Positions 43,234-51,451 of a stretch of 64,000 nt of DNA are shown one piece after another. This DNA comes from a virus. The notes beneath the pieces are model-generated. The model was not told the DNA's origin. It saw only the letters and a program-made list of their open reading frames with translations, and made no database searches. The stretch lies in the IMG/VR virus record IMGVR_UViG_3300045988_152178. One strand, given 5' to 3'. The position numbers and the translations under genes are program-made. Every line of letters begins with the position of its first letter. Positions within the stretch are counted from its first letter, which is position 1.

Positions 43234-43776
43234 ATGAATGAAACAGAAAAGCAGATGATGCTGCAACTGATGAATGAGTTTTACTCGTTTATGGAAGGCT
43301 CTGCCGGTAAAATGAACTTTGAAAATAATACCCTATGGGAAGAGATTGTAAACCTCGACCAGGAATGTGGTAATTATCGAGAAGTTGTAGTGGAAATCTA
43401 TTTCACTGATGGAAGGTATATTCAACTGCATAACCACAGTTTTGAGTCACTTATCAATAATAGATATTGTGGTGACGATATTCAGCTAATTCCAGACGAG
43501 AATGGACAACGTTTCCTTTCGATGGGAGGATTGGGAACATGTACTTATGAAGTTTATGTTCCGATGGTTAGCGTCAGTTATGATGATCCTGAAATGGGGC
43601 AAACGTTAACCAGTTTCCCTATCTCCTCCGTTTATCGCATATCCCACAGTACCAAAAAGGTGAAGTGGTGCGAGAAGTGGAGAAAGTTAAGTCCGGAAGA
43701 TATGAAGTTGCATGAGACTATCTTTCGGAACTTTCGGGAAAAGTATCTCAGTGAGCAGGCTGAAAAGAAGAAATAG
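43234..43776 (+). CDS. hypothetical protein (180 aa from the ATG at 43234; the track start at 43180 is a TTG)
   Basis: The ATG follows the -7 box. Confidence 0.65.
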   Translation: MNETEKQMMLQLMNEFYSFMEGSAGKMNFENNTLWEEIVNLDQECGNYREVVVEIYFTDGRYIQLHNHSFESLINNRYCGDDIQLIPDENGQRFLSMGGLGTCTYEVYVPMVSVSYDDPEMGQTLTSFPISSVYRISHSTKKVKWCEKWRKLSPEDMKLHETIFRNFREKYLSEQAEKKK

Positions 43777-43957
43777 TCTTGTAGTGTTTTCTCAATATCT
43801 ACTTAATGTTTTTATTTATAGTAGTTTTAATTTTATGGTTAAACAGAATTTAAGGAACTCCTTCGTTGTGAAACGCGGGAATCTTTGTTTTTCTTCATAA
43901 GTTCTCATGTATTGAAATATACAGATAGATAATACCAATTTCATTACTGTTGAGGAA

Positions 43958-43997
43958 GAGGGGCGGGTGTCGCGATGACACCCGCCCCTCGTTTTTT
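43958..43997. terminator. Strong terminator between convergent genes (14-bp stem + T6)
   Basis: GAGGGGCGGGTGTC gcgat GACACCCGCCCCTC, followed by gTTTTTT. Confidence 0.85.
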
Positions 43998-44021
43998 ACC
44001 TTTTTACTTTTTAACCCTTTA

Positions 44022-46103
44022 TTACACGTTCCTTCCGTCCGGCAGTACGAACCAACCGATATTGCCTCGCCAGAATTTGCATCCTAAATATAGAGAGTCA
44101 AAGGCATCGGTAAAGTCAGTTCTTTGCTGCAATGGCAGATTTTCTTCCGTTTCCGGCTTTTTCTCCTGACTCTTATCCTTTCGGAATCCCTGATAGCCGA
44201 TACTTACCTCACAAAGCTGCATGGCAATAATCAGGTCGGGATTGTTAAGCTGATTGATGCGGATGGCGGGATATTCTATGCCGGCAAGACCATTATTGAT
44301 GATGCGGTGCTTCACCTCATGCTTCTCTGGCACACCCATATCTATCGCCGTCACATTCCAACCATTGCGCTCCAGTTCTTTGATAACTGCCTGATAGAAT
44401 CGCTCATCTGTCAGCGCATACGAGGCACCCTGTTTTGCCGTAGCGTCATAGAAGTAAACCACATCACGGTTTACGGCTCTCTTTGGCGCATAATAGCGAG
44501 AAAAATCATCTATCAACTCCCTCAGCTTGCGCTCGTTCTTCACATAGAAGCTCTTGATAACATTGACTGCCTCCACTCCGTCACGTTGATATACCTGACC
44601 TACCACCAACGTATTGATGTTGGCGTTATAGTCAAATGCGAGATAGAGAGGAAGGTCGTTCACGCAGTCAGCATCCATACGGCAGTCGTTTCTTTCGGAT
44701 AGCTCCTTCAAGTCCGGCTGATAGCTTTCTGAAGTAATCTTCTTGCCACCGATAATGCCCGTAGCCTTTTCTGTGCGGAAATTAGCCTGAGATAGCGGGT
44801 CAATCTCATCGGGGATATAACCATGCACATGATCTATATCCAGGTTAGAATAGAAGCCATCGTTCGATTTCTTAATTTTTACGTTCAATATCGAGACCAT
44901 GAACGTATAGGGTGGAAGATCACGCTTCATCTGTCGGATATACTCCTCACCCAGAACGTCCACATTCGAAAGGGTAGATGCTCTTCTTACCACGAAAGCG
45001 GAGCGCCTTAACTCTCTCAGATACCCGTCCTGAAACTTTTTGGAACGCAGGAACATCTGCATCTCAAAATCTTCCTCCGGCGTAATCAGATATTCGTAAT
45101 CATAGATGAGTTCGGCATCCTCGGCAGTAACTAACTTGTAGTTCACTGCCATATCCACCATGTTTTTGGTGATTTTCTTACCATGGTTAGGCAGAATACG
45201 GAACATACCTTCATGCTTCAGCATTTTCAGCGCCACGGCACGGATCATTGTCTTTACCTCTGCTGGTACTACGTGAGGCGTGTGCCTCGTCTTCTTGGCA
45301 TTATAGAGCAGGTCGTTATATCTGATTACCTTGTCGGCATAGTCTTCCAGCTCGCCCTGCACCCATCGGTAGGTCTTGCCCTTAAACTTACCCGTCTCTA
45401 TTTCCAAGTCTAACTTTTCGTCCTCACGCTCCAGCCATGAGCCTTTTGCCGTGAGCGAGGCATCACTCACGAAACGGGTAGAGCGATAGAGAGGGTTGTA
45501 GTCAGAAAAGTTGATGTCGCCCAGCGGGTGTGTCTGTCCTGATAATGCCGGCATCAACTCCTCATCCACCTTCTTTTTCGGGAAGAACCTGCACTCATCC
45601 CCCACACATGCACTAAAAGTGTAACTGTTGGCACTTGCCGTCTGTGAGAGAGAAATCAATGCCCATTGTGCGCCATTGGCAAACCAGATGATGTTTTCAT
45701 AGCTTTTCGGTTTGAAGATAGAAGGGCGCACATGCTTGGGTGGTCGCCCCCAACCCATGTGAATGCCTATCTGAAAACCGAACATTCGCTCCATTGCCGC
45801 CATGGTACCCGGTATGGTTTTCGAGAAGCCCTGTTGTCGTGATACGGCTACCCATGCGCCCAGCATACCCGGCATGGAGTTGCTGGTCATCCATACGTAG
45901 GGTGCTACAAGACCATCGGTCTTTCCTGTGCGTCGAGCTGCAATATCTCTCTCGTCTCGCGCACCCATATATAGCGATTGTTGCTGAAATCGTGTTAAGT
46001 AAATCTGATGTGGTTGCTGCATAATAGTAAAATTGTTATCCTGAATGTATGTTGATTTCAAAACAGAGAAGGCTGCGCCATTTCGAGCTGAATGCGTTTG
46101 CAA
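44022..46103 (-). CDS. terL: Terminase large subunit
   Basis: Walker A-like ARRTGKTDG, Walker B-like VGDECRF, C-terminal nuclease-like AFDYNANINTLVVGQ. The likelier start is MQQPHQ at 46022, which avoids a 46-nt overlap. Confidence 0.85.
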   Translation of the reverse strand: MQTHSARNGAAFSVLKSTYIQDNNFTIMQQPHQIYLTRFQQQSLYMGARDERDIAARRTGKTDGLVAPYVWMTSNSMPGMLGAWVAVSRQQGFSKTIPGTMAAMERMFGFQIGIHMGWGRPPKHVRPSIFKPKSYENIIWFANGAQWALISLSQTASANSYTFSACVGDECRFFPKKKVDEELMPALSGQTHPLGDINFSDYNPLYRSTRFVSDASLTAKGSWLEREDEKLDLEIETGKFKGKTYRWVQGELEDYADKVIRYNDLLYNAKKTRHTPHVVPAEVKTMIRAVALKMLKHEGMFRILPNHGKKITKNMVDMAVNYKLVTAEDAELIYDYEYLITPEEDFEMQMFLRSKKFQDGYLRELRRSAFVVRRASTLSNVDVLGEEYIRQMKRDLPPYTFMVSILNVKIKKSNDGFYSNLDIDHVHGYIPDEIDPLSQANFRTEKATGIIGGKKITSESYQPDLKELSERNDCRMDADCVNDLPLYLAFDYNANINTLVVGQVYQRDGVEAVNVIKSFYVKNERKLRELIDDFSRYYAPKRAVNRDVVYFYDATAKQGASYALTDERFYQAVIKELERNGWNVTAIDMGVPEKHEVKHRIINNGLAGIEYPAIRINQLNNPDLIIAMQLCEVSIGYQGFRKDKSQEKKPETEENLPLQQRTDFTDAFDSLYLGCKFWRGNIGWFVLPDGRNV

Positions 46104-46825
46104 GCCTTGTCGTAATATTCTTTGTTCAGTTCAAAGCCGATAAAGTTGCGTTTTTCACGGATTGCTGCGATGGCAGTAGTGCCGCTGCCCATGCAGTTGT
46201 CTAAGATAGTGTCGCCCTCGTTGGAGTATGTACGGATAAGATACTGGATAAGGGCGACTGGCTTTTGGGTGGGGTGCATATCGAGATGTTTTTCTTTCTC
46301 GAAATAAAGCACCGAGATGGGATATTTTTCGGTTGTTACTTCTTTTGAATAAGTCTCAATACTATAGCTGCCATAGCAAGTATTACCTTTCACCTTTCCA
46401 TGTTTGCGGCCTCTTGAATGAGAAGGAAATCCTTGTCGCATTTGAGGATTATATGTAGGCAAAGCCCGATAGAAGACTGCAATATCCTCATGACTTCTCA
46501 TAGGCATCTTCTTTGCGTTCAGAAACCCCGTAGGTCGGTCTTTCTGCCAAATCAGATTATACCGCCAATTTTTAGGCTCTGCCATCATCAGTTGAGCCGT
46601 AAACATTCCTTGACAGAAAAGGATGATGGGAGCGTTAACTTTCGCTATACGCCAATACTCTTTGAAAAGAGGTTCGATAGGAATAATATTATCCCATTGA
46701 GCTTTTTCATTACCTCGGTTCAGAACCTCATAAGGCAAATCGCAGATAATGCAATCCACGCTTGCGTCCGGAATCTTTTTCATTCCTATCAGGCAATCCT
46801 CATTATAAATCTTATTTAACTCCAT
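46058..46825 (-). CDS. DNA methyltransferase (beta-class N6A/N4C, motif IV before motif I)
   Basis: IICDLPYEV (DPPY-like) near the N-terminus and DNCMGSGTTAIAAIREKRNFIGFELNKEYY near the C-terminus. Confidence 0.9.
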   Translation of the reverse strand: MELNKIYNEDCLIGMKKIPDASVDCIICDLPYEVLNRGNEKAQWDNIIPIEPLFKEYWRIAKVNAPIILFCQGMFTAQLMMAEPKNWRYNLIWQKDRPTGFLNAKKMPMRSHEDIAVFYRALPTYNPQMRQGFPSHSRGRKHGKVKGNTCYGSYSIETYSKEVTTEKYPISVLYFEKEKHLDMHPTQKPVALIQYLIRTYSNEGDTILDNCMGSGTTAIAAIREKRNFIGFELNKEYYDKACKRIQLEMAQPSLF

Positions 46826-46845
46826 CCTCTATAACTCTATTTTTA

Positions 46846-47442
46846 TCAATTAAACCATTTTAGAATAGTTTCTCCTTTATATCCTTTTTCCCAGATAAAC
46901 CAGGCATAAGCTGCTGCGCTACTAGCCATTGCATTGAAATCGCCATTGGCAGCACATTTCAGTCGTGAACTGCTTACCCATACCCTGCATGGTGGCTGCG
47001 TTTGAAATAACCTGCGTCTTCCTTTCCCTTCAAGAAAAGTAAGTTTCAGGAACATAGCAACCTTTCTTCCTTCCGGAATAATCTGCAAAGCCTTTTCCAC
47101 GAAATCCAAGGCATATCGGTAGGGTGGATTGGTGACAATATCTCCGTTCCATTCTAAGTTGTCGATAGATAGAAAATCGGCTACCTCGCCATAACCTCTA
47201 TCTATCAAATCACGACTGACTACATCGTAGCCGTGAGCTTTCAACACTTCGCTAATATGCCCTTCGCCACAAGAGGGTTCCAAAATTACCCCCCCGGTAA
47301 ACTGTTCTATCTTGCATAGCCATTCCGTAGCAGCAGGTTCCGTGGCATAGTAGTCTTCTTTTTGGCGCTCACCATTTTTGTGATTGCTTGCACCCAATGT
47401 CTTAAATACGGCAGCATTGCCGCCTACCCAGTCTTTTGCCAT
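46846..47442 (-). CDS. SAM-dependent DNA methyltransferase (NPPY type)
   Basis: Motif I ILEPSCGEGH and motif IV IVTNPPYRY. Confidence 0.75.
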   Translation of the reverse strand: MAKDWVGGNAAVFKTLGASNHKNGERQKEDYYATEPAATEWLCKIEQFTGGVILEPSCGEGHISEVLKAHGYDVVSRDLIDRGYGEVADFLSIDNLEWNGDIVTNPPYRYALDFVEKALQIIPEGRKVAMFLKLTFLEGKGRRRLFQTQPPCRVWVSSSRLKCAANGDFNAMASSAAAYAWFIWEKGYKGETILKWFN

Positions 47443-47465
47443 ATTTTGATATAATTTCTAATTTC

Positions 47466-47702
47466 TCATTTCTCCTTTACCCTCCCCACATGCCATTTCT
47501 GGCAAGTCTTGCACTGATACGCTACATACCCTTGCGCCTTCAGTTCTGGTTTTTGGTTCAGAAACTCCCAGGCGGCATCTTCTGTTTCGTATGTCACCTT
47601 CGCCTTCCAGGTATGCTGCTTTCGGGTGTAATGTTCTGGGTCCGGAGTAAAGGGAGGAACCTTGTTGTGGTAGTGATGATCACCATTGCGCTTACTCATC
47701 AT
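47466..47702 (-). CDS. small protein with a CxxC element (78 aa from the ATG at 47702)
   Basis: The start overlaps the upstream stop (ATGATGAGTAA). C-terminus reads YQCKTCQKWHVG. The longer track ORF would overlap the upstream gene by 220 nt. Confidence 0.5.
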   Translation of the reverse strand: MMSKRNGDHHYHNKVPPFTPDPEHYTRKQHTWKAKVTYETEDAAWEFLNQKPELKAQGYVAYQCKTCQKWHVGRVKEK

Positions 47703-48504
47703 CGCCTCCTTCCTTTTCGGTATCACCTTCTTCTTCCGGAATTTCCATTTCACCTTCCTTCTTCTCAGCACGATCATCCAGCACCTCTTCCATATACTCC
47801 ATATAGTCAGGTACCTTTTCATTATGCTCCTGCAGACTTTCCTCTTCGGCAATATCCTGCATATCTTTTGCGGTAAGACCATACTTGCGAGCCATCTTCT
47901 TCTTGTACTCATCGGTATAGTTCACCCTATCACGCTTCACGATGCTCACATCTTGCGTAATGGCAATGCGGCTCATATCCGGCATTTCCTCAGTAGCATC
48001 CTTCTCTTCCAGGAAGTTGCCATAAACGTTAGCCAATGCCTGCATACCCTTATCCACCGCACGGTCGTTGTTCTGCTGCTTGCCTGTACGGATAAGCCAC
48101 TCAGCAGAGTTCAGATACATCGCCTTGTGACGAGGGCTTTCATCGGTCATAAAGAAGCGGATGATGTGGTTGCAGACTGCCACATCATTTGTCAGCTCGG
48201 TAATGGTACGAGGTCTGATATTGCCTTCTTCGTCAATATCAATATGCAGCGCCATTACCATTTCTTGTGCTTCCTTCACACCTCTGCCTGCCTGCTCCAT
48301 AAACAGCGCATAGTCGCGCCTTGCTATGTTGCGGCAGGTAGTCTTGGGGTCTATATCGTTGTTCTGTACCCAGCGTTTATAGAACTCGTAGCAGAGCTGC
48401 ATCCGATACTTCTGTTCCAGTTTCGGAAACATCGTGTCGATGCTCAGCCCATTTGATAGCCACTTGTCTATTCTTTGCAGGGTATTCTGCGTAAGTTGAC
48501 TCAT
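47692..48504 (-). CDS. hypothetical protein with an acidic C-terminus (270 aa); possible small terminase by position only
   Basis: Long ORF upstream of the methyltransferases and TerL on the same strand. No motif recognised. Confidence 0.7.
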   Translation of the reverse strand: MSQLTQNTLQRIDKWLSNGLSIDTMFPKLEQKYRMQLCYEFYKRWVQNNDIDPKTTCRNIARRDYALFMEQAGRGVKEAQEMVMALHIDIDEEGNIRPRTITELTNDVAVCNHIIRFFMTDESPRHKAMYLNSAEWLIRTGKQQNNDRAVDKGMQALANVYGNFLEEKDATEEMPDMSRIAITQDVSIVKRDRVNYTDEYKKKMARKYGLTAKDMQDIAEEESLQEHNEKVPDYMEYMEEVLDDRAEKKEGEMEIPEEEGDTEKEGGDDE

Positions 48505-48522
48505 TATCTAAAATGTTATGTG

Positions 48523-49373
48523 TTACAATGTTAAATCAATACCAAACTGACCTTCTAGGAACTTCTTGAAATCCGGTTTACCGAATAGCGTGCCGTTCGC
48601 CTTTTCCCAATCTTTATTGTTGGCATAGAATACATCACGCGTAAACCATTCGTAAATGTTATCGTATCTGCTTATTGCTGGCGAGTCAGGATGTGTATCT
48701 AAAAATTTCTGTCCGGCACGCAGATAAGCCTTGGCTATGCGGGGATGCTTCTGAAACTCGATAAGGCGTTTGTGTCTTGAAGCCAGCGGGCAGCACATAC
48801 AGCCGAGTCTTCGGGTAACGTCGATTTGCCCCCCGTATCATAATATACTGGTGCCAGCTTCAATCCTCTGTCGAGAATGAAATCCCTTACGTCTTCATTA
48901 GTCCACTCTAAGATAGGGTAAATCTGCTCCACATGGTTCTCTTCTTTCTTTGCACCAAAATATCGGCACTCGGTAGGCTCATTATATCTTTCCTTTCTTG
49001 CTCTGCTTTCTTCTTTGCGCACACCGATAACGGTTTTATCGAGGATTTTATATTCCTTCAGAACCTCACAGCAGAAACGACTGAAGCGATTAGGGAACCC
49101 TTTCTTTGCGACAAGCTGAAAGAAATTCTCTTTAGGTCTGATAATTTCCACACCCATCTCCTTCACGTGGGCGATAGTGCCCGGTGGGTCGATGGTGGTG
49201 TTCTTGTATATCGCCCGATACTTGATACCGGCTTCCTTAGCGAGTTGAAGAATCACATCACTATCTTTACCGCCCGAATAAGCCAGTTCTATATCTCCAT
49301 CGTACCTTTTCTGTACGCTTTGCAGGAGACGGATAGACTGCTCTATCTTTTTCTGTAATTGCTCGTTTATCAT
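48523..49373 (-). CDS. PAPS-reductase-family (DndC/BrxP-like superfamily) protein, interrupted by a frameshift at a G6 run
   Basis: N-terminus ELAYSGGKDSDVILQLA (the PP-loop SGGKDS). The conserved C-terminal RRLGCMCCP is encoded in the -1 frame (track ORF 48523-48798). The frames meet at the C6 run at 48829-48834 on the plus strand. Confidence 0.75.
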
Positions 49374-49446
49374 TTTGCGCCTTTTTATTTATTTTATCTG
49401 CCCACAAAATTACGAAATCGCCCCTAAATGGTTGGGACAAAAGTTT

Positions 49447-49483
49447 TTTGTCCCCATCGTAGGGCAAAAATATTCTACCTTTG
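49447..49483 (+). promoter_or_regulatory. Bacteroidota-type promoter
   Basis: TTTG at 49447-49450 and TACCTTTG at 49476-49483, in the divergent region upstream of the holin-like gene. Confidence 0.5.
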
Positions 49484-49527
49484 CATAGTATTAAAAAACA
49501 TAGGATAACATTAAAAAGAAAAAAGAA

Positions 49528-50148
49528 ATGCAAAGTTTAATTCCAACCCTTACCAGGTTTCTTGCAGCCATTATCGGCTTAGTGTGGTGCACACTGGAAC
49601 CATCTCTTAACTACATTGCCGTATGCTTCTTCGCTCTTGTCTGCGACTGCTACACGGCATGGCGCTGCAACTGCCGCATCTATTCTCGCTATCGTGAGGC
49701 TATCAAGAAAGACCCTCGATGCAAAATTGACGGGAAACTGAAATCTAAGAAAATGGCAAAGATGGTGAAGGATTTCTCCGTCCTCATCCTTGCGATATTC
49801 TTAGCTACGATGGTAGATACCGTGATACTCGATTTCCAAAATCCTCTCCATCTCGCTAATTATCTTGCCGCCATCTATTGTGGTGTGCAGCTCGTAAGTA
49901 TTCTCGAAAACGAGAGTACCTGTAATGGGGCACCCTGGGCAAGAGTGATGCAGAAGATTGTAGCCGATAAAACCGAAAGGCACTTCAATGTAAAGCTGAA
50001 AGACTTGATGAAGGAAGAAGAGGAGGAAACTCCATCGGCTGAGAAGAAAGATGAAGTAGAGGCAACTCCGGAAGATGACAAGAAGAAAGAAAATGATAAT
50101 GACGATTGGATTCCGCAGAAACCTGCAGACCCGGTAATGGGCATGTAA
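49528..50148 (+). CDS. Phage holin-family protein (holin_4_1-like) with an acidic tail
   Basis: Multiple TM segments and the family-typical CGVQLVSILEN. Confidence 0.6.
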   Translation: MQSLIPTLTRFLAAIIGLVWCTLEPSLNYIAVCFFALVCDCYTAWRCNCRIYSRYREAIKKDPRCKIDGKLKSKKMAKMVKDFSVLILAIFLATMVDTVILDFQNPLHLANYLAAIYCGVQLVSILENESTCNGAPWARVMQKIVADKTERHFNVKLKDLMKEEEEETPSAEKKDEVEATPEDDKKKENDNDDWIPQKPADPVMGM

Positions 50149-50212
50149 TGTGCCAATATCTCTTAATTTCTGTACGCTATCAGTTAATAATGTGTTAAAA
50201 TCTCTTTGAATT

Positions 50213-50815
50213 ATGACAATATCAAATGTTTTGGAACATTGGGCAACGATATATAAGCCCTTATCCCATAACCCGACAAGCAAGAAACTGGAAGACCAGA
50301 GTTTCTTCCGCATCCGTGATATTGATGAGGAAAATATCTTTTCTCGCAACGCCAATATCATTCACTCTCCCTGTATGCTCTATCGTGTGGTTAACTCCGG
50401 AGAGCTGAAATCGGATAAGCAAGCCCTGATTACCTATCAGGTCTGTTTCCTAACCCGACTGAAAGACTCTTCTGCCACATTGGGCAGATACGATGGTGGC
50501 AAATTGCAGGCTGCATCGGATGATCTGATGGAGTATTGCGAAGACCTTGCATCCTATCTCACTCAGCTTCGACGCACGGGTATCTGTCCTATCACGGGCA
50601 GAAACTTCAAGACGGAAGAGCCTAAGTTGGGCATAGAATTGTCATCCGTCGATATAGAGAGTTTTGCCTATGGTGTAAACCCTCTTTTCCGTGGTCCGAG
50701 CTGGCTCCTTGCTGATTGCTATTGGCAGACTATCCGTCCGCTATATAACTTCCAATGCGGGAAGGAGCAGAAATATATCATTCCTGCATCAACAGAAGAC
50801 GGAAAGGAGGGATAA
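50213..50815 (+). CDS. hypothetical (probably virion/tail-associated) protein (200 aa)
   Basis: Long ORF immediately upstream of the tape measure operon. Confidence 0.7.
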   Translation: MTISNVLEHWATIYKPLSHNPTSKKLEDQSFFRIRDIDEENIFSRNANIIHSPCMLYRVVNSGELKSDKQALITYQVCFLTRLKDSSATLGRYDGGKLQAASDDLMEYCEDLASYLTQLRRTGICPITGRNFKTEEPKLGIELSSVDIESFAYGVNPLFRGPSWLLADCYWQTIRPLYNFQCGKEQKYIIPASTEDGKEG

Positions 50816-50818
50816 GCT

Positions 50819-51373
50819 ATGCCTATCAGAACCCAACCCATCAAGTCGCCTTTTGCACCCCTGAAAGAGGTGGCAGGCGTATATCTGAAACAAGCCCTTC
50901 TCGATATAGAAGTCAACTTCAATACCCAGAAGATTTATCCGGTAGAAGTATATCGTGGCTACGAAAAAGTGAACAAATACCGCGAGGAACACGGCATGTG
51001 GTACTCCACGGGTGAAGGTAAGAAATCCTTTGAAGGTACGGTATATCAAGCCGACGAAAAGACGGGTAATCTGATGGTAGGAATCCGCTATAACGATTAT
51101 CTCCGCTATGTGGATATTGGTGTAGGTTTGACGGGTGATCCTCGTGACCCTGCAGCCCATATCACTGCCGATAAGGTGGACCGCTCGAAAAAAGCCAAGT
51201 TCAAAACCCGATATATCGGCAAGTGGGATAGAAGAGCAGGTAAATCTCACCGTCCTGCTATCATGCGAACGGTGAGAAGACTGAAAACGAGATATGAAAA
51301 CCATCTTGCCGATTACTACGGCTATCAAGGTTTGTTGCAGATAATGAATGCCCTGGAAGGCAAAGACGATTAA
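50819..51373 (+). CDS. hypothetical (probably virion/tail-associated) protein (184 aa)
   Basis: Long ORF 3 nt after the previous stop. Confidence 0.7.
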   Translation: MPIRTQPIKSPFAPLKEVAGVYLKQALLDIEVNFNTQKIYPVEVYRGYEKVNKYREEHGMWYSTGEGKKSFEGTVYQADEKTGNLMVGIRYNDYLRYVDIGVGLTGDPRDPAAHITADKVDRSKKAKFKTRYIGKWDRRAGKSHRPAIMRTVRRLKTRYENHLADYYGYQGLLQIMNALEGKDD

Positions 51374-51385
51374 CCCCTCTCACCT

Positions 51386-51410
51386 CCGTTCCCGGCGATT
51401 CCTTCGTCGG
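51386..51410 (+). repeat. Conserved hairpin element, copy E (CCGTTCCCGGCGATTCCTTCGTCGG)
   Basis: The stem carries an A:T to G:C compensatory change plus one G:U wobble. Starts 12 nt after the stop and ends 41 nt before the tape measure ATG. Confidence 0.85.
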
Positions 51411-51451
51411 TCTCATATCCCCCAAAAATAAACATTAAAAATAAAAAAGCA

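Noticed and set aside
44124-48456. Plus-strand track ORFs opposite TerL and the 270-aa gene (44124-44702, 47686-48456, 47436-47876)
   Set aside because: They are shadow ORFs antisense to genes with clear motifs or better coding character.
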